A stretch of 64,000 bases of DNA from an uncultured Candidatus Saccharibacteria bacterium (GCA_964605735.1 CAZSDS010000001.1:573864-637863); one strand, 5' to 3'; counted from the first letter of the stretch, positions 36,135-46,788 are shown. Numbers and translations are program-made. Notes: generated by a model from the sequence alone, not told the origin.

Positions 36135-38957
36135 TTATTTCAGCATCTTCTTTAAGTATTGGCCAGTATAGCTGCGTTTAACCTTAGCCACTTCTTCTGG
36201 CGTGCCTGCCGCCACAATCTCCCCACCTTTGTTTCCGCCTTCCGGACCCAAATCAATAATCCAGTCAGCGCTTTTAATGATGTCGAGGTTGTGCTCGATA
36301 ACCAAAACAGTGTTACCCTTCTCCACCAGCTTATTCAAAACGCCGAGCAGGCGCTTCACGTCATCAAAGTGCAAGCCAGTGGTAGGCTCATCCAGGATGT
36401 AAAGCGTGCGGCCAGTTGACGAGCGGGACAATTCAGTGGCCAGCTTGATGCGCTGGGCTTCACCGCCGGACAAAGTCGTGGCTTGCTGGCCCAAATGCAT
36501 GTAACCCAAGCCCACCAAAGACAATGTTTCCAGTTTGCGGGCAATCATTGGCACGGATCGGAAGAATATATGCGCCTCATCCACAGTCATTTCCAGAATC
36601 TCAGAAATGGTTTTACCTTTGTAGTGGATAGCCAAAGCTTCTTTGTTGTAGCGTTTGCCCTTACACTCTTCACAAACAACGTACACATCAGGCAGGAAGT
36701 GCATTTCTATCTTAATCACGCCATCTCCGCCGCAAACCTCACAGCGTCCACCCTTGACGTTAAAGGAGAATCGGCCGGCTTTGTAACCGCGCATCTTGGC
36801 TTCCGGAGTCGCGGCGAACAAATCTCGGATATATGTAAACACTCCAGTGTAAGTGGCAGGGTTTGATCTAGGAGTACGGCCAATCGGCGACTGATCAATC
36901 GCAATGACTTTATCAATGTTTTCAATGCCCAGGATTTTCTTGTGCTCTCCCGGAGCCTCCTTGGCATTGTAAAAATAGGAAGACAGGGACTTGGCCAGGA
37001 TATCGTTCATTAACGTGGATTTACCTGAACCTGAAACGCCGGTCAGACAAACAAATTTACCCAAAGGTATATCCACGTCCACATTCTGCAGGTTGTTTTC
37101 TTTTGCGCCGACTATGCGCAGGGTTTTGCCATTCCCCTTTTTGCGCGTTTTAGGCACGGCAATTTCTTCCCGGCCGGATAAATATTTTCCGGTCATGGAA
37201 TTTTTATCTTTGGCGATCTGCGCTGGCGTGCCTTCAGCCACCAGTTCTCCGCCGTGCTTGCCTGCGCCCGGCCCGATATCAATCACCCAGTCTGCGGCTT
37301 CAATGGTTTCCTGGTCATGTTCAACGACAATCACGGTATTGCCCAAATCGCGCAGATGGCGAAGGGTTTTCAGCAAACGGTCATTGTCTCTTTGGTGCAG
37401 ACCAATGGAAGGCTCGTCCAAAATATACAGCACCCCGGTCAGACCTGAGCCTATTTGAGTGGCCAAACGGATACGCTGAGCCTCCCCGCCGGACAAAGTG
37501 TCCGCGGAACGGTCCAGAGTTAAATAATTTAAACCAACGTCCTGTAAGAACTGCAGTCTTGCGCAGATTTCCTTCAAAATCTGATGCGCGATTTTCATGT
37601 CTTTTTCTGACAAAGTCTTGGGAAGCGCGCTGGCAAACTTGAAGCTTTCGTCGATATCAGTATTGGCGACGTCTACGATTGATTTGCCTTGAATAGTCAC
37701 AGCCAAGAATTCCGGCTTCAATCTTTTACCCTTGCAGGTTGGACAGGTTTTTACGCGCATGTACTGCTCAATTTCTGACCGCATATAATCTGAGTCAGTT
37801 TCCTTGTACTTGCGGTTGAGGTTTGGGATCACTCCTTCAAAAGTCGCGTATCGTTCATACCCGCCTTCATCCTGGATCCTGACCTTCTGGTCCCCTGTTC
37901 CGTAAAGGATAACATCCAAAAATTTTTTCGGCAGGTCACGGACTTGCGCGTTGAGGGAAAAACCATATTCCTCAGCCAAAGCAGACAGCACGCGGCCGTA
38001 CCAGGACAGCCGTGAAGTGGTTTTGCTCCAAGGACGGATGGCGCCTTCGGCTAAGGTGAGTTTGGGATTTGGAATAACCAGATCAGGATCAACTTCCAAG
38101 CGGGTGCCCAGACCAGTACAGTCAGGGCAAGCGCCATGCGGCGAGTTAAATGAAAAATTTCGAGGGTTAAGTTCAGGCAAATTCATGTGCCCGTCCGGAC
38201 AGGCAAAATTTGAAGAGAGCAAAATCTCTTCTTTTTCGTTTTTCTGGACCAAAACTGTGTCATTCCCCAGATCAAGCGCGGTTTCCAAAGAATCAGCCAC
38301 CCGAGCCCGGTCACCAGCATCAAGGGAGATGCGGTCAACCACGACTTCAATGGTGTGCTTTTTCTTTTTATCGAGGGTCAGATTCAGCGCTTCGTTCAAA
38401 TCCATAATCGTACCATCCACGCGCACGCGCTGGTAACCGGACTTTTTAACCTCCTCAAGCAAGTGCCGGTGTTCCCCTTTTTGGTCTCGGATCATGGGGG
38501 CCATTATGATAATCTTGGTGGCTTCCGGCCAACTGACAATCTGGTCCACCATTTGGGTGACGCTCTGGCCGGAAATCCTTTTGCCGCAAACAGCACAATG
38601 CGGTTCCCCAACTCTGGCAAAAAGCAAACGCAGGTAATCGTAGATTTCCGTGACAGTCCCCACTGTTGAGCGCGGATTATGTGAAGCTGATTTTTGGTCA
38701 ATTGAAATTGCCGGCGACAAACCTTCAATCTTGTCCACGTCAGGCTTATCCATTAACCCCAAAAATTGCCTTGCGTAAGCTGAGAGAGATTCCACATAAC
38801 GGCGCTGGCCTTCGGCGTAAATGGTGTCAAAAGCCAAAGAGGATTTTCCGCTGCCGGACAAACCCGTGACAACCACCAGCTTATTACGCGGTATATCAAT
38901 GTTTAGATTTTTTAAATTATGGACGCGAGCGCCGCGGACAATGATTTTATCAGCCAT
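36135..38957 (-). CDS. uvrA: Excinuclease ABC subunit A
   Basis: 940 aa. It has two ABC ATPase modules ([14 protein letters not shown] and [13 protein letters not shown]), zinc-finger CxxC pairs and LSGGE signature motifs. Confidence 0.97.
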   Translation of the reverse strand: MADKIIVRGARVHNLKNLNIDIPRNKLVVVTGLSGSGKSSLAFDTIYAEGQRRYVESLSAYARQFLGLMDKPDVDKIEGLSPAISIDQKSASHNPRSTVGTVTEIYDYLRLLFARVGEPHCAVCGKRISGQSVTQMVDQIVSWPEATKIIIMAPMIRDQKGEHRHLLEEVKKSGYQRVRVDGTIMDLNEALNLTLDKKKKHTIEVVVDRISLDAGDRARVADSLETALDLGNDTVLVQKNEKEEILLSSNFACPDGHMNLPELNPRNFSFNSPHGACPDCTGLGTRLEVDPDLVIPNPKLTLAEGAIRPWSKTTSRLSWYGRVLSALAEEYGFSLNAQVRDLPKKFLDVILYGTGDQKVRIQDEGGYERYATFEGVIPNLNRKYKETDSDYMRSEIEQYMRVKTCPTCKGKRLKPEFLAVTIQGKSIVDVANTDIDESFKFASALPKTLSEKDMKIAHQILKEICARLQFLQDVGLNYLTLDRSADTLSGGEAQRIRLATQIGSGLTGVLYILDEPSIGLHQRDNDRLLKTLRHLRDLGNTVIVVEHDQETIEAADWVIDIGPGAGKHGGELVAEGTPAQIAKDKNSMTGKYLSGREEIAVPKTRKKGNGKTLRIVGAKENNLQNVDVDIPLGKFVCLTGVSGSGKSTLMNDILAKSLSSYFYNAKEAPGEHKKILGIENIDKVIAIDQSPIGRTPRSNPATYTGVFTYIRDLFAATPEAKMRGYKAGRFSFNVKGGRCEVCGGDGVIKIEMHFLPDVYVVCEECKGKRYNKEALAIHYKGKTISEILEMTVDEAHIFFRSVPMIARKLETLSLVGLGYMHLGQQATTLSGGEAQRIKLATELSRSSTGRTLYILDEPTTGLHFDDVKRLLGVLNKLVEKGNTVLVIEHNLDIIKSADWIIDLGPEGGNKGGEIVAAGTPEEVAKVKRSYTGQYLKKMLK

Positions 38958-39200
38958 TTTTTTCTCTCTAGTCCTAACAAGAGCCAGGATCGTTAATTAC
39001 TCTAAGGGGTTACTTTTGGAAAGTGAAAATAGATAAGCAGATACACGCCGTTCAACCCCGGAGAGCGACGGCTATAACCGCCAGAGGCGGCCTGCCAACT
39101 GGCAGGAAAGCCAGAATAGTATATATAAAAAAAAGACCCATGTCCAGATATGGAGCTAATGGGTGCGAGGTTTTGTGCGGCACCTGCATGCCAGACGTTT

Positions 39201-39536
39201 TCAGGGGTAATAGTGTTCGCGAACTTTTGACCGCAAACAATACGTAATCAGATATGAACTTGAAACGACAAGCCCGGCAGGAACCGACCTGGCCAGTGCA
39301 ACCAACCAATCCTGACCCGTACGGAGGCCGATCATAAAGGACAGGACAACGAGGAAGGTTTGGCACACAAAAACAAAGAAAAACAGTGCAACCAACCTCA
39401 TCCAGTACCACTGCCGGCGTGTGAATTGGTACTGCAGGATTTTGAGGGTGATCCCGGTCAGCAAGGCCAGCATTATCACATCTGACACAAGCAACCAAAT
39501 CGGATTATTTGAAAGAACACCTGTAACGCCAAACAT
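39201..39536 (-). CDS. Hypothetical membrane protein (3 TM helices)
   Basis: 111 aa. I prefer it over the overlapping GC-rich frame 39052..39498 because of its clean TM helices and its ordinary composition. Confidence 0.45.
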   Translation of the reverse strand: MFGVTGVLSNNPIWLLVSDVIMLALLTGITLKILQYQFTRRQWYWMRLVALFFFVFVCQTFLVVLSFMIGLRTGQDWLVALARSVPAGLVVSSSYLITYCLRSKVREHYYP

Positions 39537-39615
39537 ATGTACCTCCTTGGAACTAGCGAAAAAAATCGCCCAGGCAAGGGCCCAGGCGACCAGAGTACAG
39601 TAGTTTTGAAACGTC

Positions 39616-40116
39616 TTACAGCCGCACGCTCACAGGATTGTGGGCGGGTTTGGGAGAAACCCAGGAGCTGAAGGTTTTCCGTTCCAGGAACCGGGTCCGG
39701 CGGCGCGACCGCTTCTTCCGTTTGGTGACACACTGGCGAACTGCTTCGCGCCGCAATTTCTCGCGGAGCCTGAGCAACTCGGTAGGACTGTGATCATGCC
39801 CCCATCTGCGCCCGACAGGAAAAACAGTGCTCGTCCACCGGCCGCTGATTTCGTTGCGGCGGCAAATGACAATGTGACGCAGATTCACGCCATTGTTAAG
39901 TGGAACCGTACGTCCCACCGCCTCCAACAGAGTAACAAGGCCAAGCCGCGCCAGCCTGACTTGGTAGAGCTTGCAATGGCCTCCAAGTTTGAAATGCACA
40001 TGGACTTCGCACTCGGAGGGCAATACATCTCCCCATTTCAGAGCTGAAATACGACCCCAGCGAACCTCGTCTCCCCGCTTCTTGAAGTGAACAGCCAACT
40101 GTCCGCGACGTTTCAT
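39616..40116 (-). CDS. Arg-rich GC-rich ORF, tentatively a degenerate DUF559-like endonuclease-fold protein
   Basis: 166 aa. ECEVHVHFKLGGH and NLRHIVICRRNEI loosely match the DUF559 core. It lies at the left end of the GC-rich island. An antisense ORF (39640..40047) is equally long, so the coding strand is uncertain. Confidence 0.3.
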   Translation of the reverse strand: MKRRGQLAVHFKKRGDEVRWGRISALKWGDVLPSECEVHVHFKLGGHCKLYQVRLARLGLVTLLEAVGRTVPLNNGVNLRHIVICRRNEISGRWTSTVFPVGRRWGHDHSPTELLRLREKLRREAVRQCVTKRKKRSRRRTRFLERKTFSSWVSPKPAHNPVSVRL

Positions 40117-40239
40117 TCAACCCCCTACGGTTTGTGGGAACGAACTGTGATAACCCAAGCATAAAGAAAAAATGGATTTCGTGCAAATAAAAAACGGGGC
40201 TCCACAGAGGAGACCCCGCAAAACTTACTTGAACAAAAC

Positions 40240-41151
40240 TTACCTGAGGCGGCGAAGCCTTGTTGCCCCGCCGATCAGCGCCACCCCGAACAACAGCAGC
40301 GATGCTGGTTCCGGCACGCTCTTCCCCTGGATGACCCGGTCATGTCCGCCATAGTACTCGCCCGGCTGGAGCACGAGCGGCGTCCTGAGGTTGAAGACCA
40401 CCCGCCCGATCGGGTCGGTTGACCCGTCCTGGAAAACGCGATTCACACCGGTGTAGGAGGTGGGATTGTCCCCGCCCCAGACAATGGTGGAAAACACGTC
40501 GCCGTTGAAGCTCCCGGTGTTGACCGGCAGACATCCGACGTTCGGCTCCGTGCAGTTGCCCGTAACCGACCAGATGTTGAACCGGTAGCTCAACTCCGGG
40601 TTGTTCGGGTCAGTGATCGTGTTGTAATAGCCGTCGTAGTTGAAGTACCCGATGATCTGGTCGATGACCGTAACCTCGGTGATCTTGAAGTAACTGGCGT
40701 ACATCCAATCCCAGTTGTTGGCCTCGGCGTAGTTCTGGTAGAGCCCAGGTGTACTGGCGTTCGCCGTACCCTGCGCCTGCGCGTTGTAGAAATCGCCGTA
40801 GGTGCCGTCCTCGATGCCGTTGTTGTCGTAAACGATATTGCCGTCATTGAGGAAGGTCATGGCCTGACCGGCAGTTTCCGGAAACCATGTGTCCCGGTGC
40901 CAGATCTGCCCGGCGTAGCCCCAGGTTGTGGGATCATCCGTGATGAAAGCCATGTTGCCGCCGCTGGCGCGCGTTCCGTTTGGCTGGTTGCCGGTCGGGA
41001 ACTTGCCGCCAGTGATGGCGTAATGGTAATCGTAGATATCCGCCTGGTTGTCTGCCCCGCCGTTGAACGGAAAAATCGGACCAGCCACGGCCGCGGCCGG
41101 AACGAACGCAACCATGCACGCCAGAGCCAGGGCAGTTTTCTTGAGACTCAT
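40240..41151 (-). CDS. Secreted PEP-CTERM domain protein (exosortase substrate)
   Basis: About 303 aa from ATGATG at 41151-41154. AAGGAG is just upstream. The N-terminal signal peptide is MSLKKTALALACMVAFVPAAAVAG. The C-terminus VPEPASLLLFGVALIGGATRLRRLR is the canonical PEP motif plus TM helix plus Arg cluster. The body is Gly/Asn/Tyr-rich. Local GC is clearly above background. The 519-aa track ORF is a spurious N-terminal extension that overlaps the next gene. Confidence 0.8.
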   Translation of the reverse strand: MSLKKTALALACMVAFVPAAAVAGPIFPFNGGADNQADIYDYHYAITGGKFPTGNQPNGTRASGGNMAFITDDPTTWGYAGQIWHRDTWFPETAGQAMTFLNDGNIVYDNNGIEDGTYGDFYNAQAQGTANASTPGLYQNYAEANNWDWMYASYFKITEVTVIDQIIGYFNYDGYYNTITDPNNPELSYRFNIWSVTGNCTEPNVGCLPVNTGSFNGDVFSTIVWGGDNPTSYTGVNRVFQDGSTDPIGRVVFNLRTPLVLQPGEYYGGHDRVIQGKSVPEPASLLLFGVALIGGATRLRRLR

Positions 41152-41305
41152 CATCGCTCCTTGGAAAAAATTGTCACAACACTTTTTTCGCACTGCTTTG
41201 TTGTTCTTACTCACACCTCCTTTATTTGTATTGTGGAATGTACAATAGAAAAAGATACTAAATTTCTGAGGTTTTGTCAACGCCGGCAAAGCAATAAACA
41301 AGGCC

Positions 41306-41341
41306 AAAGAAAAAAGCGGAGCCCCAAGAAGGAACTCCGCC
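41306..41341 (-). terminator. Rho-independent terminator after PEP-CTERM gene 2
   Basis: On the minus strand, hairpin gcggagttccttcttggggctccgc followed by ttttttctttgg. Confidence 0.65.
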
Positions 41342-41381
41342 CAAAAACTGGCAGATGATATTGTGCGGACGAACCGGTGAA

Positions 41382-42107
41382 CTAGCGGCGGCGCCGGCGA
41401 TACGCCCGTGCCCCGCCGATCAGCGCCATCCCGACCAGCAACACGGACGCTGGTTCGGGCACGTTGCCTGTGGTATCCACCATGATTGCGGACCGTCCCA
41501 GCTCCTGCTGACCGTTGTACGCGACCAGGGCAAACGTGTACTGCCCAGGTGCGTTCGGATCCCAGGATCCGGGAGGTGCCACTCCGCCAAAGAGCCCGGG
41601 GAAACCCCAGTCCGTTGACAGAAACCCAAAGCCGAGGTTGTTGGAGCTTTCGGCCAGAGCCGGGAGCGCCACCCCGCCCAGCGAGGTATAGCCATGGTTT
41701 GAGGAATCCGTCCCCGAACCCGGATCGAAATCGTAGTACAGCCGAAGTTCGGTCACGGGTGCAGTGCCGGTGTACGAGTAGAAGGCGTTGAAGTTCCACG
41801 TGGCGTAGGTTGGATTGCCGTTGAGGATGTCACCGCCGGCCTGAGCGTAAAAAATTCCCGCGCCGTTGTCGGTCACCGCCAGGTTTGCGAAGCGCTGTGC
41901 CGCACTCATCCCGAGGATGATCTCGCCGCCGCCGAAGTCGACCGTGGTGATCGCCACGCTTGTGTTGGGAATTCCGCTGCCGCCAAACGTTGCCTGGGGC
42001 AGCGCACCGAACGTATCGAACATCGGAACGATCGGTGAGGCGTGAGCCGTGTCGGCCATGGCAAAGATAGCCAAGGCCACGAGGGTCGAAAGCACACTTC
42101 TTTTCAT
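41382..42107 (-). CDS. Secreted PEP-CTERM domain protein (exosortase substrate), paralogous in architecture to 40240..41151
   Basis: About 241 aa from ATG 42107. AGGAGG is 6 nt upstream. The signal peptide is MKRSVLSTLVALAIFAMADTAHA. The C-terminus is VPEPASVLLVGMALIGGARAYRRRRR. The gene is GC-rich. Confidence 0.8.
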   Translation of the reverse strand: MKRSVLSTLVALAIFAMADTAHASPIVPMFDTFGALPQATFGGSGIPNTSVAITTVDFGGGEIILGMSAAQRFANLAVTDNGAGIFYAQAGGDILNGNPTYATWNFNAFYSYTGTAPVTELRLYYDFDPGSGTDSSNHGYTSLGGVALPALAESSNNLGFGFLSTDWGFPGLFGGVAPPGSWDPNAPGQYTFALVAYNGQQELGRSAIMVDTTGNVPEPASVLLVGMALIGGARAYRRRRR

Positions 42108-42203
42108 CTGCATCCTCCTGCGGTTGTAGAAACTGCCTGAAACACTGTGAACACTTTGCATAGCATACTCTTTTTGGTCCCGTTTGTCAACGCTTTAAGG
42201 GCT

Positions 42204-42230
42204 TTGACTCGACGCACTTTCAGGTATAAT
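42204..42230 (+). promoter_or_regulatory. Sigma70-like promoter for uvrC (TTGACT-N15-TATAAT)
   Basis: The -10 ends 9 nt before the uvrC ATG and there is no SD, which implies a leaderless or near-leaderless mRNA. Confidence 0.5.
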
Positions 42231-42239
42231 ACCGTATAT

Positions 42240-44051
42240 ATGAGCAAGCTTTTGTCGCAAAAAATTTCTGAACTTCCATCAAAGCCGGGTGTTTACATCT
42301 TTAAGGATGAAACAGGCGGCGCTTTGTACGTTGGCAAGGCGGTGAAGCTTAAAAACCGCGTTTCGTCATACTTCAAAAAAGGCGCCGGTGATGGATCTGC
42401 CCGCATCCAAAGCATGATTTCAAAAATCAGGGACCTTGATTACGTGGTCACTGACAATGAAGTCGAAAGCCTGGTTTTGGAAAACAACTTCATCAAACAA
42501 CTCCACCCAAAATACAACGTCTTGATGCGCGACGACAAAAATTATTTGTTCGTCAAAATAAATTTGCAGGATGAAATCCCAACCATTAGCTACGAACGAA
42601 AAATTACCGACAAAAAAGCCAGGTACTTCGGACCATACACCAGCGGCTATGAAGTTAAGCAAACCCTGCGCATGCTCCGGAACATCTTTCCTTATTGCGC
42701 CAATTCTAAAGTCGGAACCAAACCTTGCTTTTATTACCACCTCCAAAAATGTCCCGGCGTCTGTATCGGCAAAATTTCACTGGACGAGTACCGCGAGACA
42801 ATCAACAAAATAATGAGGTTTTTGGAGGGTCGGCAAACAGAAGTTCTCAAAGAGCTTCAAGGGCAGATGAAGTTTCTGGCCAGGCACAGGCAGTTTGAAA
42901 AGGCGGCCCGGACGCGCGACCAGATCTTTGCGCTTAACCGGGTAATGGAACGGCAAAAACTAGTTTACGCAAAGAAAATCGATCAGGATGTTTTCAGCCT
43001 GCACATGGAACCAACAGTTGCTTCATTGAATTTGTTCCGCATTCGCGAAGGCAAACTGATCGGAAAGGAAAATTTTATTATTGAAAACACCAGGCAGACT
43101 TCAGACCAGGAAATTCTCGAAAGCTTCCTTCCTACCTACTACATGGATGCCACCAGCCTGCCGCAGGAAATCCTGGTTCCGCGCGAAATCAATGTTTCGG
43201 ATCTGATTCCCCTGCTGGCGGAAAGAGCGCGCGAACTGAATCATAGGAAAAAAATCAGATTTTTCACCCCATCGAGCGGAACAAAAAAAGAATTAATTAA
43301 GATGGGAGAAAACAACGCCAAGCAGTACCTGGAAGCGCAGTCGGATAAAACCCTGTTGGAGGAAGCGCGCCTGCTTGCGGCCCTGAAAGAATTGCAAAGG
43401 GTGCTTGGACTGGAGCAAATGCCCGGAAGAATGGAATGTTTTGACATTTCCAACATACAAGGGACGAATGCCGTTGGCTCTATGGTTGTTTTCGATTTCG
43501 CACGACCAAAGAAAGATGAGTACCGCAAGTTCAAGATCAGAAAAAAACGAACTCCGGATGACTTCGCCATGATGAAAGAAATGCTGGAACGCCGTTTCCA
43601 AAGATCCTTGTCCAGTGACGACGCAAAAAGATGGCCCTTGCCGGATCTTGTTATCATAGACGGCGGAAAAGGACAGCTCTCCACTGCAGTCACAGTCCTG
43701 CAAAGCCATGGATTGAATATACCTGTCATGGGCCTGGCAAAAAGAATCGAAGAAATATTTTTACCGGGCAAACCTGATCCCATTCTTTTGCCCCACAACT
43801 CCATTGCGCTTTACTTGCTCCAGCGCATCCGGGATGAAGCCCATCGCTTTGCCATTACTTATCACCGCAAACTAAGGTCAAAAGGAACGCTCTCTTCGGC
43901 ACTGGACCAAATCTCGGGAATCGGTCCGGCAAAAAAGAAAAGATTGCTTGAACGCTTCGGCTCCGTATCGCGTATGAGAGAATCCAGCCTGACGGAAATT
44001 GCTGAAATCGTCGGATCAAGACTGGCTGAAAAAATAAAGGCTTCCCTTTAG
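42240..44051 (+). CDS. uvrC: Excinuclease ABC subunit C
   Basis: About 603 aa from ATG 42240. It has an N-terminal GIY-YIG domain (PGVYIFKDETGGALYVGKAVKLKNRVSSY), a UvrBC-interaction region, an RNase H-like endonuclease domain and a C-terminal (HhH)2 domain. The 31-aa N-terminal extension in the track ORF is spurious. Confidence 0.95.
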   Translation: MSKLLSQKISELPSKPGVYIFKDETGGALYVGKAVKLKNRVSSYFKKGAGDGSARIQSMISKIRDLDYVVTDNEVESLVLENNFIKQLHPKYNVLMRDDKNYLFVKINLQDEIPTISYERKITDKKARYFGPYTSGYEVKQTLRMLRNIFPYCANSKVGTKPCFYYHLQKCPGVCIGKISLDEYRETINKIMRFLEGRQTEVLKELQGQMKFLARHRQFEKAARTRDQIFALNRVMERQKLVYAKKIDQDVFSLHMEPTVASLNLFRIREGKLIGKENFIIENTRQTSDQEILESFLPTYYMDATSLPQEILVPREINVSDLIPLLAERARELNHRKKIRFFTPSSGTKKELIKMGENNAKQYLEAQSDKTLLEEARLLAALKELQRVLGLEQMPGRMECFDISNIQGTNAVGSMVVFDFARPKKDEYRKFKIRKKRTPDDFAMMKEMLERRFQRSLSSDDAKRWPLPDLVIIDGGKGQLSTAVTVLQSHGLNIPVMGLAKRIEEIFLPGKPDPILLPHNSIALYLLQRIRDEAHRFAITYHRKLRSKGTLSSALDQISGIGPAKKKRLLERFGSVSRMRESSLTEIAEIVGSRLAEKIKASL

Positions 44052-44120
44052 GTCAACCTTGACTGAGGGAAGTCTTTTTTGTATAAAACAAAAAGCAAGA
44101 TCAAACTATTAGGAGGTTTG

Positions 44121-44576
44121 ATGCAAACACACGTTCACGAAGAAAGCGGAGATGTTGTCGAAGGATTGCAGCTCGCCCCGGGCGCAATCGTCCGACCGGG
44201 CGATGTATTCGCCGCCGCGGATGGCAACTGGAGGTTCTTGCCTTGCAGTTTCGTACTCGGCAACTCTCTGGTCAAATGGGTTCGGCCGCGTGGCGACCTG
44301 TCCCAATCCGCCCGGGAAGTCCTGCTCCTGCTCACGGACCGCGAAAAGCGCCCCAAGTTCATTCACGTTTTTCAGCACACGTTCGCGATCGCGTGCCATA
44401 ACGATTTCAACAGCATCGATTGGCCGCGAACCAAGTATCCGCTCATCCTCAACCCGGACACGCTCCGGGAACTGATCGATTACGGGTACATCGAACAGCA
44501 GCAGGTTTTCGGCAGTGTCTACGGCGTCACTGAACTCGGGCACCAGCGCGCCGCGCAGCTGCGTCAGCAGAACTGA
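44121..44576 (+). CDS. Hypothetical protein, GC-rich orphan (152 aa)
   Basis: AGGAGG lies 5 nt before the ATG at 44121. A terminator follows. Composition is visibly GC-richer than in neighbouring genes. I recognise no family. Confidence 0.5.
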   Translation: MQTHVHEESGDVVEGLQLAPGAIVRPGDVFAAADGNWRFLPCSFVLGNSLVKWVRPRGDLSQSAREVLLLLTDREKRPKFIHVFQHTFAIACHNDFNSIDWPRTKYPLILNPDTLRELIDYGYIEQQQVFGSVYGVTELGHQRAAQLRQQN

Positions 44577-44589
44577 ACATGCCTCTTTC

Positions 44590-44625
44590 GGCGGGACTTC
44601 TCCAGAAGTCCCGCCTTTTCTATTT
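44590..44625 (+). terminator. Rho-independent terminator
   Basis: Hairpin ggcgggacttctccagaagtcccgcc followed by ttttctattt. Confidence 0.75.
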
Positions 44626-44808
44626 GCAAGCACCTCAAGGCACAATTGCAATTACGGAGTGGCACAGCAGCGGTGAGCGTTTGTTTATCCTCTATTCAAC
44701 TTGGCGACAGAACTGGGAGCGGGGCCTGCCCCTTTCTTTAGGAAGCTGAATTGACTTATAATTACCATTATGGCAAAATATCAAAGTTAAAATTACTTAA
44801 CCACAGAT

Positions 44809-45036
44809 ATGGAAAATCTTAGAAATATCTTAACATTTGCACTGATTGCAATAGACGTATTGCTCGTCATTCTGATTTTGATGCAACAGCGCGAAGGCGG
44901 CCTCTCCACTGTTTTCGGCGGTGAGGGAAATGTTTACAGATCACGCCGCGGACTCGCAAAGGGCATTCATTACATGACAGTCATCCTGGCCGTCTTGTTT
45001 ATTGGCCTGAGCGTTGCCGTCTTGTTCCTCGTTTAA
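44809..45036 (+). CDS. secG: Preprotein translocase subunit SecG
   Basis: 75 aa with two TM helices. The LLVILILMQQ.EGGLSTVFGG region is the SecG signature. Confidence 0.85.
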   Translation: MENLRNILTFALIAIDVLLVILILMQQREGGLSTVFGGEGNVYRSRRGLAKGIHYMTVILAVLFIGLSVAVLFLV

Positions 45037-45042
45037 AGCTTC

Positions 45043-46788
45043 ATGCTCAACTTCCTTACCAACACCAAAAGTTATTTGTCTCGCGTCTGGCAAGGCTTCA
45101 GGCTATTGCCCAATCTTAAACGCAGCCAGATTCCGTTGGTTTTGGACAGCATGACAAAAAAAGATTTCTACACGATATCCGCATTCGCGGCAATCCTGAT
45201 TGCCTCGGGCGGATTTTTGATTTCCCATTATTCATCCGCCGGCACAGGAACCGAACCCGATTTTGGCGGTGAAATAGTGGAAGGCTTGGTGGGCCAACCG
45301 CAGTTCATCAACCCAATTCTCGCCCCAGCCAGCTCAGTGGATTCTGATATTTCCAAAATCGTCTATTCCCAGCTTTTGAAATTCAACAAAGACCTGGAGC
45401 TTGTTCCTGATATGGCCGAAAGCCTGCCGCAAATCTCAGATGACCAAAAAATCTACACGCTCAAACTCAAACCAAACTTAAAATGGCACGACGGAAAGCC
45501 AATCCAGGCGGATGACGTTGTCTTCACAATCGAAACAATCCAAAATTCCGACTTTGAATCCCCGCTCCGCGCCAACTGGAGCCGCGTGCGGGTAACAAAA
45601 CAAGATGATTTAACTTTGGTCTTTACTCTGCGAGAAGTTTCCGCCTCATTTATCACCAACTTCACCCTGCAAATCATCCCTAAGCATGTTTGGAAAGATC
45701 TAAGCCCAAGCAGTTTCCGCCTGAACGCGGCAAACTTGAGCCCTGTTGGTTCCGGACCGTACATTTTCCGAGAAATCAAAAAAACCTCTGACGGCACCAT
45801 CCGCTCAATGTCTTTCCGGTCCAACCAAACATTCCACGAAGGCCAGCCTTACATTGACCGCGTCACGTTCAAGTTCTACAACGACTACGACAGTCTGATC
45901 AACGCCTTCCAGGGCAAAGAAGTAAACAGCATGGGCTATCTGCCGTTTGACCGCAAAGCAGTTGAGAGCAACGGAAAATTCGCCCAGCACAAATTTAATC
46001 TGCCGCAGTACCAAGCCGTGTTCTTCAACCTGCCTAAATCCCCTGTTCTGGCGGACAAGGCAGTAAGACAAGCCCTCTGGCTGACCACCAACCGCCAGGC
46101 AATTATTGATGAAGTCTATTTAGGGTTCGCCAAACCGGCTTACGGACCGATTTTGGAAGGAAACCTTGGGTATAACCCCGAGATTGAAGCCAAAACTCAT
46201 ACCAATTTAGTGGAGGCTGCTGAGTTATTGGACAAAGCCGGATGGGTTTTGGACCCGGAAACCAACCTCAGAAAAAAAGGAACCAGACAGCTGGAGTTCA
46301 ACCTGGCTACGAATAATTTCGTAGTCAACGTCAAGACAGCGCAAATCCTGCAAAGCGCCTGGCAACAGATTGGGGCCGTGGTAAACCTCGTCATTGTGTC
46401 CCCTCAGGAACTACAACAGGACTATATCAGGTCCAGGAATTTTGACGCCTTGCTGTTCTTTGAAAACACTGGCGCAGACCCTGACCCATATCCGTTCTGG
46501 CACTCCTCACAGGCCCGTGACCCGGGACTTAACCTTTCAAGTTTCAGCAACGCTGAAGCTGATCGCCTCCTGACTACTGCCAGGCAGACCATTGACGTAA
46601 ACGTCAGGACGCAAAACTACATGCAGTTCCAAAACATTATTTACACGGAAATCCCGGCCATCTTCCTGAACAACGTGGTTTATGTTTACAATGTCCCACA
46701 GGATTTAAGGGGCATTAACCTAACAACTGCAATCCAGCCATTCGAACGATTCACTAATATAGCAAAATGGTATCTGGAAACTAAATAA
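45043..46788 (+). CDS. ABC transporter substrate-binding protein, family 5 (OppA/DppA/NikA-like)
   Basis: 581 aa. The SBP_bac_5 core includes KWHDGKPIQADDVVFTIE. The N-terminus is a TM/signal anchor. The start may instead be the ATG at 45151. Confidence 0.85.
   Translation: MLNFLTNTKSYLSRVWQGFRLLPNLKRSQIPLVLDSMTKKDFYTISAFAAILIASGGFLISHYSSAGTGTEPDFGGEIVEGLVGQPQFINPILAPASSVDSDISKIVYSQLLKFNKDLELVPDMAESLPQISDDQKIYTLKLKPNLKWHDGKPIQADDVVFTIETIQNSDFESPLRANWSRVRVTKQDDLTLVFTLREVSASFITNFTLQIIPKHVWKDLSPSSFRLNAANLSPVGSGPYIFREIKKTSDGTIRSMSFRSNQTFHEGQPYIDRVTFKFYNDYDSLINAFQGKEVNSMGYLPFDRKAVESNGKFAQHKFNLPQYQAVFFNLPKSPVLADKAVRQALWLTTNRQAIIDEVYLGFAKPAYGPILEGNLGYNPEIEAKTHTNLVEAAELLDKAGWVLDPETNLRKKGTRQLEFNLATNNFVVNVKTAQILQSAWQQIGAVVNLVIVSPQELQQDYIRSRNFDALLFFENTGADPDPYPFWHSSQARDPGLNLSSFSNAEADRLLTTARQTIDVNVRTQNYMQFQNIIYTEIPAIFLNNVVYVYNVPQDLRGINLTTAIQPFERFTNIAKWYLETK

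Noticed and set aside
39052-39498. 148-aa Cys/Pro-rich ORF overlapping the 39201..39536 membrane-protein frame
   Set aside because: The alternative frame gives clean TM helices and native-like composition. This frame has no start context and an odd composition.
40240-41799. 519-aa version of the first PEP-CTERM ORF
   Set aside because: The upstream 215 codons overlap the second PEP-CTERM gene in another frame. The sequence is Arg/Gly-rich junk typical of open frames in GC-rich DNA. A signal peptide with AAGGAG-ATG occurs at 41151, so I trimmed the gene.
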